64,000 bases of DNA from Octopus vulgaris (lineage: Eukaryota): assembly GCA_951406725.2 (NCBI GenBank), contig OX597819.1:37758001-37822000 (forward strand). The letters are read 5' to 3'. Positions 12,641 to 26,981 of this stretch are shown here, piece after piece. Numbering within the stretch: the first letter of the stretch is position 1; each line of letters begins with the position of its first letter. The translations under genes and the position numbers were made by a program. The notes beneath the pieces are model-generated. The model saw only the letters and a program-made list of their open reading frames with translations. It was not told the origin of the DNA and searched no databases.

Positions 12641-13020
12641 ATGACAAAGTAATTTTTTACTAAATTCTTCACTATTTTCACGCTTATTTTTATATAGTAA
12701 CCTTCCATTATTTGGCAATTTATGAAAACCTCGTGTATTTCCTAATGCTCATTCACCAAATCACTCTATAATTTGTCATATGGAAAGGTGCAGGCTTTAA
12801 GTTGACATTGTCTTCTGGTGACCAGTGATAAAAGTAGAATAAAGCAAACTTCCGGTGTTTATTTATTTTAAGCTTTTGTTTGGAGAAAACTGTAAGTCAT
12901 TGCTACTGACTACAATTCAAGCAATGGCTAATTCAGGAAACCTGTGAATGGGCGATAAAATACAGACCTAGCTACATTACACAAAACTTACAGGACACTT
13001 GTGAAGTAGATATTCTATAT

Positions 13021-13024
<4 letters not shown>

Positions 13025-13103
<79 letters not shown>

Positions 13104-13495
13104 CTTGTGTGTGTAAGTTGGTCTGTCTTGTATATATGTGTGTATGAGTATTTACATGCATGTATGTATGCGTGTGTATGTGCATGTATGCATGTATGTA
13201 TAAATGTATATATATATGTATATATATATATATATATGCATATACATGCAAACACACTCCTATATATATACATATATATATATACAAAACAATTATATGT
13301 ATTTACATGAACTACATGTATATGTATATATACACACACACATACATACATGTATATATGCATGTATGTTTGTATGTGTGTGAGTGATTGACATCTGATG
13401 TCCATATCCCATGCTGGCATGGGTTAGAGAGGATCCACTGATACATATGTAAATAAACATAGATATATCATAACTCTCTCTCTCTCACTATATAT

Positions 13496-13553
<58 letters not shown>

Positions 13554-13993
13554 TATGTATGTTTATATATATATATGTATATATGTATGTGTGTACATAT
13601 ATATATATGCATGTATATATGTATATATGTATATATATGTATGTATATAAATATAAGATAACAAACAAAGGAAAACATTCCTTCAAAGGGATGTGTAAAA
13701 CATCCAATTCATTGGTACGATGGTTGAATACCACAATTGGTTATATAAAAAAAAATGTATATAAGTCGAAACAAATTGTTAGCTTTTTTAGTTTTTTAAA
13801 TAATTGTTATGTTGTATTATATTACATCATATTCATAGTATGATCTATTACATATATGTATTATAGTATTATGTTATAATATGAATAAATTATTGGTTTG
13901 TCATTTATATGTGTCATTATATGTGTGTATATATATACACACACATAAACATATACATACATACACATATTACACACACACACGCGTACATAC

Positions 13994-14042
<49 letters not shown>

Positions 14043-14218
14043 TGACATACACACAGGGCAGACTCAACAAACCTGTATCGACTCAAGCTCAAATTCACAG
14101 CCTCCACATTGGACCATTACTGGTGGTGAGAACAAGCTGAGGCCTTGGTCCTGCAGTGGACTGATGGACTAAACATAGGCAATCAAATATATATATATTA
14201 CATTATATTATACTATTT

Positions 14219-14249
<31 letters not shown>

Positions 14250-14262
14250 CATGCTCATATAA

Positions 14263-14293
<31 letters not shown>

Positions 14294-14366
14294 CATGCTC
14301 ATATAAATATATATAAATATATATAAATATATATATATATATATATTACATTATATTATACTATTT

Positions 14367-14406
<40 letters not shown>

Positions 14407-14426
14407 GCTCATATAAATATATATAA

Positions 14427-14474
<48 letters not shown>

Positions 14475-14522
14475 ATATATATATATATACACACACACAA
14501 ACACACATACAAGATGACTTGC

Positions 14523-14566
<44 letters not shown>

Positions 14567-14989
14567 TCATCATCAACAACATCATTGTTTAACGTCCGCT
14601 TTCCATGCTGGCATGGGTTGGACAGTTTGACTGAGAACTGGTGAACCTGATGGCTTCACCAGGCTCTAATCTGATCTGGCAGAGTTTCTACAGCTAGGTG
14701 CTCTTCAAAACGCCAACCACTCCAAGAGTGTAGTGGGTGCTTTTATGTGCCAGTCAAATGGTACTGGCAACAGCCATGCTCAAATGGTGTTTTTTATATG
14801 CCACCTGCATAGGAGCCAGTCCAGTGACACTGGCTCAAATGGTGCTTTTTATGTGCCACCTGCACAGGAGCCAGTCCAGCGGCACTTGCAATGACCTCGC
14901 TCTGTCAACAGGAAGAGGTCCAGCCTTCATTTTAAAAACACCAACACCACAAACAAACACGTACACGTTTTCCACATATGTAGTAGATA

Positions 14990-15055
<66 letters not shown>

Positions 15056-16482
15056 CATATATATACATGCATATATATATACATATATATATTTATACAA
15101 ACATATATATATATATATACATATATAACATATATATATATTTATACAAACATACATATATATATTTATACATATATACATATATATATTTATACAAACA
15201 TACATATATATATATATACATATATATATTTATACATACATACATATATATATTTATACGTACATACATACATATATTTATACATACATACATACATATA
15301 TATGTATCTATACTTATATATATATGTACAGGTATATATACATATATATATATATATATAAGTATACACGTATATACACATATATATACAGATATGTATA
15401 CACGTATATACAAACACATATATATATATATATACATATAGATATACATATATATATATATACCCATATATATCCCCCAATGAGATACATCTGCACCACT
15501 GGATGCTCTTGAACCAGTTGTTGAGTGTTCTACCCAAGAGGAATCAATGCTAGATGTGTCGAAACAATTGTTGTGATTAACAATATATTATTGTATATTC
15601 CATCTTCTGTCTTTCATTTGCTATATATATATATATATATATATCTGTAAATATATGTAACAATTATTCGGTAGCCATGATAAATATATATATGTGTGAC
15701 GCTAAACAACGATGATGATGATGTATATATATATGTCTATATGTCTATATATATGTGTATATATATGTATATATGTATATGTATATATATGAATATATAT
15801 ATATGTATATATTTATATATGTATATATATATGTATATATAAACATGCATATATTTATGTATATATATATATATATGTGTGTGTGTGTATATATATATAT
15901 ATGTATATATATATATGTGTGTGTGTATATATATTTGTATATATATCTACATATTTATATATCTATCTATCTATCAATCTATCTATCTATATATATATAT
16001 ATATATACATACACATACCCATATATGTGTGAGTGCGTCTGTCTATCTGTGTGTGTGTGGGTGTGTGTGTGTGTGCATAACCCATACCAGTATATGTTAC
16101 AAAGATGATGATGTGATGTAGACTCATTATACCTGAATAGTTGAGAAGCTCACTTCACCACCAAGTTCACACTCACCGCATGCCATCTTAAACAAATATT
16201 GGGTTGACTCATACTATGTAACTGAAATTGGATAGACAGAAACTATACTGATATTAATCGAATAAATTGTGTCTCTAATTCAAAGCATACAGCCTTGTCA
16301 CACACTTTGTCATCATGCTGATTCTGTTTGAGAAATATACTAAGAGTACATGTGTCTCTGGACTGCTGAGATGACAACATGTGAATTTTGGAGCTGGTAA
16401 TTAAGTTGATCAACCACTTGAATCCTCATCAACCAAGATATATAAATATACATACATATGTATGTATATGTATACATATATA

Positions 16483-16534
<52 letters not shown>

Positions 16535-16610
16535 ATATATATATATGTATATATAATATATATATATGTATATATAATATATATATATGTATATATAATA
16601 TATATATATG

Positions 16611-16670
<60 letters not shown>
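13025..16670. repeat. Microsatellite-dominated zone: (GT)n, (AT)n, (TATG)n with interspersed repeat fragments
   Basis: Seen directly. It generates the YI/CV/TH ORFs in the track. Confidence 0.95.
14564..14900 (-). mobile_element. RTE LINE 3' UTR fragment
   Basis: Reverse complement of the RTE tail, including its subrepeats. Confidence 0.75.
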
Positions 16671-16672
<2 letters not shown>

Positions 16673-17008
16673 GAGCAAAACACCCCCCCCCCCCGTCCAC
16701 TGTACAGTGCTGAGTTGTCAAACATTTAAACCAAATTTTCTCAAAACAACTTGTCCGACTGTCCCATAGGCCTCCCTTTTGAGAAACACTGATTTAACCT
16801 AAATTTGAGACACCGTGCATTTTTCTTGCGTATGCGTAGTATCGATCGCAACAGCTGATGTACTTGCCCATATAAATGCACGTTCCCATGGCTTTATCAA
16901 TCGCATTCTCACGTTGAACTGATTTTTGTAATTTTTTCAAGACTTATACACGCCCTGATACCGTTGGTATCTACATATCAAATTTGAGCGCAATCAGATG
17001 GAGGATGC

Positions 17009-17326
17009 CCTATTTCGGTAATTTCAACCAATCAATGACATGTATTCAGCTGAATAAAGTTACTGCCATTGTTTGTCAACAACAATTATCAGCGGTGTAT
17101 TTTTCATTTGTCACTGTTATTTATGACATCGTTTGTGTGTTGGTACTGGTTTTAGCTTTAAAGTTTTAGGGCTAGGGTGTTAGGGTTAGGGTTTGAGGGC
17201 TAGTGTTGTCATAAATAACAGTGACAAATGAAATATACACTGCCAGAAGTTCTTGCTGACAAACAACAACAGTAATTTTATTCAGCTGAATACACATCAT
17301 TGATTGGTTGAAATTACCAAAATAGG
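17009..17326. repeat. Foldback element, ~115-bp arms around a TTAGGG-like loop
   Basis: cctatttcggtaatttcaaccaatcaatga... pairs with ...tcattgattggttgaaattaccaaaatagg. Confidence 0.8.
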
Positions 17327-17399
17327 ACAACTTTAACGTAAAATAACTTCGTAAATATAAGTTTTTCTCAAAAATACGTCAGTCAAAAGGTAAATATCC

Positions 17400-17436
<37 letters not shown>

Positions 17437-18018
17437 CATATATATATGTATATACACACATACATTTATACATACACACACACATATGTATGCAATTACA
17501 TGTACATGTATCTGTGTATTATGTACATCTGTTAGCAATATATGTGAATATGCGATGATTGTGTGTGTGTGTGTGTGTGTGTGCGCATATGTGGGCCTCA
17601 TTGCAAGGACTCCATAACATAGTAACATAACAAAGAATTTCAGGTAAAACCTTATAAATACTGCATTTTATGGAATTTATATGGAAACTACAAAAAGGAA
17701 GAAGACAGAAAAAAGTACAGACCACATTGTATCAAAACAATTGGGAAGGCTTGAAGACTTTTAAAAAAACTCTGAGAAAACATACACCCAATCAATCAAC
17801 AAAATGAGACGTATTATTAAAAAAAAGCACTAAATTATATAAACCTAGTACTTATTCTACTGGGCTCCTTTGCCGAATCACTAGGTTACAGGGATGGAAA
17901 CACACCAACACCAGCCATCAAACAGTGGTGAGGGACAAACAGGGACACAAATGTTTATTTAAATCCTGGGGTCAATTTTTTCCGTGTTAATTGTTAACAA
18001 GGGAAAAATATACACATC

Positions 18019-18084
<66 letters not shown>

Positions 18085-18388
18085 CTATTTTTAGCTACAA
18101 CAGCAACAACATGAATTTCTTCCATCTTCTTGCTCAGTTCAAGTATTTGAGAAAAATCATATCAATGTGTCCAACTGGTTAAAATCCTATTTATTTGTGC
18201 AGCTGATGATAGTACTGCATTTAAATTAACATAATGGAGCTGCTTGAAACGGATGTAGTGCATCACTTCTTGATATCCTGTTGCTTATTTTGATTTTATT
18301 CACCTTACTTGAAGCTGTATGGATAATACTGGACTGACTTGGTGCTTCAACTTCAGTACATAATTCAACTGAATCTCAATTATTTACA

Positions 18389-18630
18389 TGTATGTATGTA
18401 TGTGGAAGAGAGTGTAATTCAGCAGGAGGACTTAAACGACATGCAAAGGTACATAAAGCCCAGTTACAACTACAGCCGGCTATTACCGGTAAAGGTTTTA
18501 GTTGCCAATTCTGTACAAGACATTGTAGATCTTTAGCTGGGCTAAAAAGTCACATTCGATCACAGCACCAGTAACAGTTAAGCTTCGTGCAATGGCCATA
18601 CTCGATAACGAGGGGGCAGCCATAACATAA
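18389..18630 (+). mobile_element. Probable RTE-type LINE 3' end encoding two C2H2 zinc fingers
   Basis: CMYVCGRECNSAGGLKRHAKVH and CQFCTRHCRSLAGLKSHIRSQH*, a ~55-nt UTR, then (TGTA)n. No TGEKP linker. Confidence 0.6.
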
Positions 18631-19309
18631 TGTATGTATGTATGTATGTATGTATGTATGTATGTATGTATGTATGTATGTATGTGTGTGTATGTATGAG
18701 TGTGTATGTATGTGTGTATGTATGCATACATACTCAATCAAACATTGAATGAAACGTAGAAACATATATAAATCTACTGCATATCACAAACATTACCTGT
18801 ATTCTTGCAGAAGTGTGAATATATTTTTCCCTTGATTTAGACATACTTTAAACAAGGAACTCATGACTAAAACGCCATGTAGGTCAGTGCCTTACATCAT
18901 CCTTCATTTGGTGATATCTAAAAGTGACATAAAAAAAAAAGAAGTTTAGCCTACTGTTGAAGCATCATATTAAGAACCATAATGTCACTGTTGCACTACA
19001 AAATCCCACTTTCAACATTTACTGTTCTCTTTCCAGAGATATTCACCACTGACACCTAATTAAATGTTATTGCTGTGTAAATTGCTTGATGAGTGTAAGT
19101 GATAAAAAAGCAAAACAAAAATAAATAAATAAAAAAAACTGTTCCTGAAACTAAGCCTGACTATGTCTGTTGTTCCTTTTGATAACTCCCTGTAACTTCA
19201 ACCACGAACTTTGACCTTTTCAAGCTACTATCCAACTGCAAAGTTTACAAGGGTGATGCAGTTTAATAGCTGGAGAGATATATATATAGATATATAGATG
19301 TTGATATGA

Positions 19310-19342
<33 letters not shown>

Positions 19343-20500
19343 CATGTGCATGTGTCTGTGCATCTATAATACACAAAGGGTTGCAAGTAAGCACAAGTAT
19401 AGATTTCATGTTGCAAAAATGTTGCATCTTTATAAGATTTGCTAAATATTATTGTTGACAATATAACGATTTTTAAAAAAAATTTAATGTTATTATCATT
19501 ACTTTTTATTTGAAGTTATTATCATTATTATTGTTGCTTTTGGAAACATAAGAGCAACTCTGGAATGTTCAAAGTCATTTACTGAATAAGTTCAATAATA
19601 ATTGGTTTCTGATATTTAATAGTATGCGTTGTACTTGACATCTGACAGTGATATGAAGCAAGACTGCCATTTCAGACTAGATTCTGAAATAAAAAAATAG
19701 GGTTAAATTTGGGAATATTTCTACAGAAATAAATAATGTTTTGTAGTTTTTGGCTCAAGGCCAACAATTTTTGAAGGGAAGGCTTTGTTGATTACACTGC
19801 CTACAGTACTTGACAAATACCTTATTTTATTGGTCCTAAAAGGACAAAACGGCCAAGTTGACCTCAGTAGAATTTGAACTCAGAGTGAGAAGAAATATCA
19901 CAAATATAGCTATGTTGTAAAGAAGTTTAGTCCCCGACAATGTGGTTTTGAGTTTGATTCCACTGTATGGCAACTTGGATAAGCATCTTCAACTATAGTC
20001 CTGGGTCAACCAAAGACTTGAGAGTTAATTCGGCAGTTGGAAACTGAAAGAAGTCTGTCGTGTGTGCATGTGTTTGTGTTGCCCAGAAGCAACACACACA
20101 CACAAATGTACACATGCACAAACACACACCTATGTACATGTATCCAAACATTTCATAATTCTTGCTGAAAGTTTGAAATGTTTTTTATATAACAGAAGTA
20201 TATTATCTTAAATCTAGAATAAAACATAACTGAAGTAAATTACCCAGATCAGTCTTCTGTATTAAATATATATAATCAGTGCTAATGTAGTTAAATGTAG
20301 TGAACAAAAAAAAAAGTCTATGAAAATTATACCTGTAGTAAGGAGAAAAATATGTCTAACTGCTTAATTCTGGTCAAGAAAGATGAGGAAGAGAACTCCA
20401 AAATTTTAATATATAAAAACTATGTGGAGATGTAGTGAGAATGGGAAATATGACTGCTCTTTGGCAATACAGTGACAAATCTGGATATGTTTCTTTTTTA

Positions 20501-20728
20501 TTAACCCTTCAGTGTTTAAACCGGCTATATCCAGCCCGAATATTCTTCTCATTTTATGCTCAAACTGGCCAGAACTTGTATCTCACACCTACCCTGCAAT
20601 GTAATTCTAAAAATAAACAATTACATCTTTCAAATCTTGAAGCTACAAGATAATACCAGATAAATTTTTTTAAATGTAAATGAATAAGAATTACTTATGA
20701 CATATTAATTTGAACGCTAAAGGGTTAA
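20501..20728. mobile_element. piggyBac-type MITE copy
   Basis: ttaa-cccttcagtgtttaaa...tttgaacgctaaaggg-ttaa. Confidence 0.75.
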
Positions 20729-21149
20729 ACATCTTCTGTGAAGCATCGTCTTATACATACCAAACCAAAAGAAAAAAATGACTACATTACACATATACAT
20801 CATTAAGATACAGTGCAATTTTTAATCACAACTGTAATTTTTTTATGAATAATACAAAGCCCACATTAAAATATAAATCCTAAGTTATAGTCCTGATTCT
20901 TCCGTAATATAAGTTTTTACAAACAAAAAGACTACGAAAAGAAAAAGAAAAAGCAGAACAAAAAAGAAGGAGTGCCATGTAAGCATGGGTTGAGCAGTCT
21001 TTTTGATGCAGGATTTTACAGATGGATGCCCTTCATACCATCAAAACATTTAGTCTCCTCTAATCTATAGGGACAGCATCTATCTATTCTAAACTCAGAT
21101 TCACCCATTCTTATGCATAAATATATACATGCATGTACATACACATACA

Positions 21150-21550
21150 GGCGCAGGAGTGACTGTGTGGTAAGTAGCTTGTTTACCAACCACATGGCTC
21201 CGGGTTCAGTCCCACTGCATGGCACCTTGGGCAAGTATCTTCTACTATAGCCTCGGGCCAACCAAAGCCTTGTGAGTGGATTTGGCAGACAGAAACTGAA
21301 AGAAGCCTGTCGTATATATGTATATATATATGCGTGTGTGTGTTTGTCCCCCTAGCATTGCTTGACAACCGATACTGGTGTGTTTATGTCCCCGTTACTT
21401 AGCGGTTCAGCAAAAGAGACCAATAGAATAAGTACTGGGCTTACAAAAGAATAAATCCCGGGGTCAAGTTGCTCGATTAAAGGCGATGCTCCAGCATGGC
21501 CACAGTCAAATGACTGAAACAAGTAAAAGAGTAAAAAAGAGTAAAGAGTA
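21150..21550 (+). mobile_element. Full-length SINE, family B
   Basis: Colinear with 12200-12640. Confidence 0.9.
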
Positions 21551-21837
21551 TATACTATTATTATTATTATTGTTATTAAGGCAAAAGGTGGCAAGCTGAC
21601 AAAATGATTAGCACACTGGGCAAAATGCTTAGTGGCATTTCATCTGTCTTTTCATTCTGAAGTCAAATTCTACTGAGGTCAACTTTGTCTTTCATCCTTC
21701 TGGAGTTGATAAAATAAGTATCAGTTGAATACTGGGGTTGATGTAATTGATTCATCTCCACCCAATGAATAACTCGCCTTGTGCCAAAACCTGAATCTAT
21801 GATTAATAAGGCAGTGAGCTGGCAGAATCATTAGCAA

Positions 21838-22800
21838 TTTTTGGAAGATTCCCAAGAAGTAGTTGATGACAGCTTTTATTAACTAGATGACCTCATGAGC
21901 AGTGGAGGTGAATGTCCTAAGAGAATAGTGGTCAGAGTAAGAATAGGTAGGAAAAAGTTTAGTAAGTCATACTGAGAAGAAATGGACTCTCTTCTTCAGT
22001 GATGGATAGATTAAATGATGCTTGTGCATGTAGTGTAAGCAGACAGGAATTAGATTTGGTCTATGTAATGCGTACTTGCAAAAAAAAATTAAATTAAAAA
22101 GGTGTAATGAGTTCACAGGCAGGCTGACAAAAAAAGATAACTCTGTATTTAGAAGATGCACAGAAATAATTAGTAGTAAAAACACATATGAAATAAACTT
22201 TTGGGAGGTTCCCAAGAAGTAGTTAATACCAGTCTTTTGTTGACAAGATGACCCAATGAGCAGTGAAGGTGAATGTTCTGAAAACACAGTAGTCGAAGTT
22301 AGAACAAGCAGGAAAATATTTAATGAGTTATACCAAGAAGAAAGGGAGTCTCTTCCTCAGTATTAGTCAGACTGAATGATGCTTGTGTAATGTGGTCATC
22401 AAACTGATTGTGGATGATGTATAATGTATGGAAAAATGTGAGGCAAGTATGGTCTGTTGGATACTTAATGCTAGAGTGCATGGATGAGAGGGAAAAACTG
22501 AACTTATAGAAATACTACAGGCATATTTTAGGAGTTATCAGGTACAGTGTGCAAGGGAGAAGACTGCATCACTTTGGATGTGGTATGTATGTAGGATATC
22601 AGTTGAGTAAAAAAAAAAGTACCAAATGATCCAGGGATAAAATACACTTGCAAATTAGATCAAGGAAGACAAAAGCAAATGTGGTTGAAGCTGTTCTCAG
22701 GATACTGAGTTTCAAGGAGATGACAAAGGACCAGAACAAGCTATGAGATATCTTGCTGGAGAAGAACTGTCCAATACATGTATGCATGAAAAACAAATGT
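21838..22800 (-). mobile_element. Old decayed LINE (possible AP endonuclease region), two diverged copies
   Basis: 21838-22035 is similar to 22199-22395. Broken translations suggest the LDLFLT/PLGSSDH end of an endonuclease domain. Confidence 0.35.
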
Positions 22801-23760
22801 AAAATGTGATAATGTTACATTTGTATATTATAGGCACAGACTATTTGGTAAGAAGCTTGCTTCTTAACCACATGGTTCTGGGTTCAGTCCCACTGCATGG
22901 CAGCTTGAGCAAGTGTCTTCTACTATAGTCTCAGGCCAACCAAGACCTTGTAGGTAGATTTGGCAGACAGAAACTGAAAGAAACTTGTCATATATATATA
23001 TATACATACATATATATATATTTTCAACTAAAACTCTTTAAGGTGGTGCTCCAGTATTGCCACAGTCAAATGACTGAAACAAGTAAATGAATAAAAGAAT
23101 CCAGTCATACACACACACATACATATATACATATACACATACATTTATGCATACACATACATTTATGCATACACACATACATTTACACATGCAAACATAT
23201 ATACACTCATATATATATACCTTCATACACCTATACACAGATTCAGAAATACATTGATATACATAACTACATACATATATACTATATATATATATATAAT
23301 ACACACACACACACACAAACATATATGTATGTATGCATATATATCCATGTATCCTGTCTTCTGTTATAATTCCATTCACATCTATTAAGCAAATGAATAA
23401 AATATATGTATACATAAATATGCATATATACACATATATTAGTTGCTTTAATAAAGAAAAAATATACTTTGCCAGATGTTAATGAAATGTCATACCAACA
23501 TTTGCTAAATAGCACCTTAGTGAACTATTCAATTAGTTTGTTCCTCTACCACTTACACAAACTATTTCACAAATAATACATTGTACAGTTTTCTTTATTT
23601 CCATTCCATACTATGCTGAACTGTGGGCCATACCTGGAAGATTATAGTCATGTATTATTTTTTTCTATGAGAAGAGATTGGAAGCTCTTCTCCATTTTTC
23701 CTGAAAGAGATGCTGTGAGTACCTTCCATTACAGGTCTCTCTCACAGAAAGTGTGTGTGT

Positions 23761-24050
23761 GAGAAGAAGAAAAAGAAGAAGAAAAAAGAAGAAAAGAAGA
23801 AGAAGAAAAAGAAGAAGAAAAAGAAGGAGAAGGAGAAGAAGAAGAAGAAGAAGAAGAAGAAGAAGAAGAAGAAGAAGAAGGAGGAGAAGAAGAAGAAGAA
23901 AAAGAAGAAGCAGCAGAAGAGGAAGAAAAAGAAGAAAAAGAAAAAAAAGAAGAAGAAGAAGAAGAAGAAGAAGAAGAAGAAGAAGAAGAAGAAGAAGAAG
24001 AAGAAGCGGAAGAAGAAGAAGAAGGAGGAGAAGAAGAAGAAGAAAAAGAA
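23761..24050 (+). repeat. (GAA)n polypurine tract, ~290 bp
   Basis: Seen directly; only a few C interruptions. Confidence 0.97.
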
Positions 24051-24699
24051 ATGATTCCAGTACTTGACTGGTACTTTATTTATCGATTCTGAAAGGATGG
24101 AAACCAAAGCTGGCATCTGCATGATATGAACTCATAGTGTAAGAGAAGCCTCACTCTCTCACAACTTTAACAACTCTGCCAAGTCACCCTCTTATAACGT
24201 GTACAAGTGGAGTATAAAGTACTATTAAAGGGAGATAACTCCAAATGAATTTATTAAGAAATCTGTTTCTTGATTAAGTTGGGCATTTAACACTGATCGG
24301 ATATCTCAAAAGTTGAATACTTGAATGCAGAATGTTAAGTGTTTAGTCGCAACGGAACAGGAAAACATGTTATGGAACTGTTAAAGATAAATAAGCATGC
24401 ATGTGGGTTTCTTTTTAAATTGGTCAGGATGCGTTATATCGGTTGTCCAGTCATGTATTGTTCAAGTTTAGGTCCAAAAGGTAGGTATTTGCCCCCCTCT
24501 AGTCTTGTGTATTATTTGTTTAATATATTTTGAAAGTAGGTCCGTTTCCTACAATACTTCGATGACTTTTATTAAAATATGCATTGTTAATGTTCCCAAC
24601 GCTAATATTTTAATTTCGTTACTAAAACTACCTCAGTTGATTTTACAAATACCAACTCCAAACATTGGTTTTTCGTGCCTTGCCGCAAAACCTTATATT

Positions 24700-25213
24700 T
24701 ATATAAGGCAGTCCTTGTTAAGGACTTGAGACGTATGTATGTGCCGACGAATCGAAACCCTAGTTGTGGAACGGCCTGGTGTACTAAGTTCTAGTAAGCG
24801 TAATTCCTTATTGTTTAAATAGTTATTAAAATAAACTGTACACATTTACGAGACATAATAAGCCTTGGGTACATTACACATGTATGTATATCATGCATGT
24901 AGTTTATTTACATCAGGCATGGAAGACCTACGGTCTGTTATGATATTTTGTAAGGCACTAGTAATTATAATAAATGTTACATTTTGCTAAAATTTCTTCA
25001 GAATCTTGAGGTGTGAGTCTTTTAAATTTGAACAGTTTCGTTTCTTTCGGATTTTTTTTAATGATTTGCTTAATGGTGATTATTTTAATAACTATTTAAA
25101 CAATATGAAATTACGCTTACTGGAACTTAGTACACCAGGCCGTTCCACAACTTGGGTTTCGATTCGTCGGCATATACATACGTCTCAAGTCCTTGTTAAA
25201 GACTGCCTTATAT
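24700..25213. repeat. Inverted repeat, ~135-bp arms
   Basis: 24700-24834 is the reverse complement of 25080-25213 with few mismatches. Confidence 0.9.
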
Positions 25214-26125
25214 ATATATATATATATATGCTATAATAATTAATGTAATATATGGTGTACTCTGTACGACTTACGATAGCTGCTAAATTATTCTTTTAGT
25301 GTGATGACCCAATATACGAAGAGCAAGGTCATAAGGTCTGCTCTGCTACTCAAAAAGGGTTACTCTTGTTTTATTAACACCATGAACAAAATCCAGATCG
25401 AACTTTGTTACTAGCAATGAGAAAGTTATAAGCGTCGCATTTTTATTTTCATCCTAGGTTATATGTTTGTATATTAAATAACTATCATCATTCACAGCGA
25501 AAAGTAGACCGTTATGTCAACTTTGTGCCTTCGATTTTAGCTTATTACCTTATTTGTTTATAACTGCGCAGCATGGCCTGATAACCCCCAATTTATTTGA
25601 CTAAATCTTTTCCAGTTGTTTAGCCCTAAGTCAGCACTGATTTAACAGATCTGTAATCAAAAACATTCCATCTAAGACCATCCCATATTTTTGTATATCA
25701 CTGTCCATTATATCCATTTTTAAGGCGAGTAGGATGTGATTTGAGGAAGATTTGGTAGCTAATTCTTGTTAAAGAATTGACTGCGTAGATGCTTTCCACT
25801 TACAAACGTATAGAATTTTTATTACTCATACAATATTTACTAAATTTCTATTTGTTGGTTGTTTACAACTTGAAAGTTTGGGCTTTAAGCGGATTCTTAT
25901 CTATATTGTATTCTGGCCTGGAAGTCTTGTTGCTTTCGAAAACTTGTTGCATCACATCTTATATAACTCGTGTGAACGGCCTCTCCTTGATGACTGATAC
26001 AATTCTCATATTTCATGTTTTTTCTTGTCGCTTGATTTTTATTCCTTTTTATAGCTAGTTTATTTCCTCATTTGTGTGGAATTTTCATATTCCCTATTCT
26101 CTCTCTTTCTCATATATATATATAG

Positions 26126-26172
<47 letters not shown>

Positions 26173-26201
26173 GCTACACACACACATATATATATATAGC
26201 T

Positions 26202-26272
<71 letters not shown>

Positions 26273-26442
26273 GCTACACACACACATATATATATTCAAA
26301 CGATATCGTTTGAATAAATAGCAATGTGAAAATCAGTTACAATTTAAGAAACATCAGGCTTTTATGAAATATTCAAACTCCACATACGCATCGAGCACTT
26401 TTTTTTTTCTAAAACAATAAAAGTTCGCAAATCCCACGCACG

Positions 26443-26480
<38 letters not shown>

Positions 26481-26981
26481 AGTAAAATTAAAGCATGTTG
26501 GTATTGGCTGTGTATAAAATAGAATAAAATAACACATAAAGCAGAGTAAATGGTTTGAGAACTAAGAAACCTTTTGTTTTTTTTTTTTTGTCGCTATTAG
26601 CATTCTTGGTCACCGAAGACTTGATGTTTAGCTTTCTTTATTCCTTAATCCTATTAATTGCATCCATCAAGGCCTCCTTTTAATTGGAGTGTAAAAACAT
26701 GATTGTTTTTCTTTTAGGGCCTCCGCCGATCAAGCTTGATCTTGTATCTGCACCTATAATGTTGGGGTAGAAGACCAGCAGTTTACCCGTGTATACAGAT
26801 CTCCCTTCTCCAAGACACCAGTGGAGGTTGGTACAAAGGAAGACAATCAGTATAATCGCTGGTACTGCCGTTAGAACGCAAAGGGATGAAACAGTTATCC
26901 CAAAGTATCCCATCCGATACTAACGGTTCGTCCCATTCACCGCCCTGGGTTGGATCTTTCCGAAAAGATCCGGGTTAACCC

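Noticed and set aside
12851-12900. cttccgg ETS-like motif and gtaagt donor as a promoter or first exon
   Set aside because: Single short motifs with no supporting context.
12977-16729. Many overlapping YI/CV/TH-rich ORFs (also near 48162-48686 and 59800-60205)
   Set aside because: These are translations of stop-free dinucleotide and tetranucleotide microsatellites.
23742-24122. Poly-Lys, poly-Arg and poly-Phe ORFs
   Set aside because: Translations of the (GAA)n tract.
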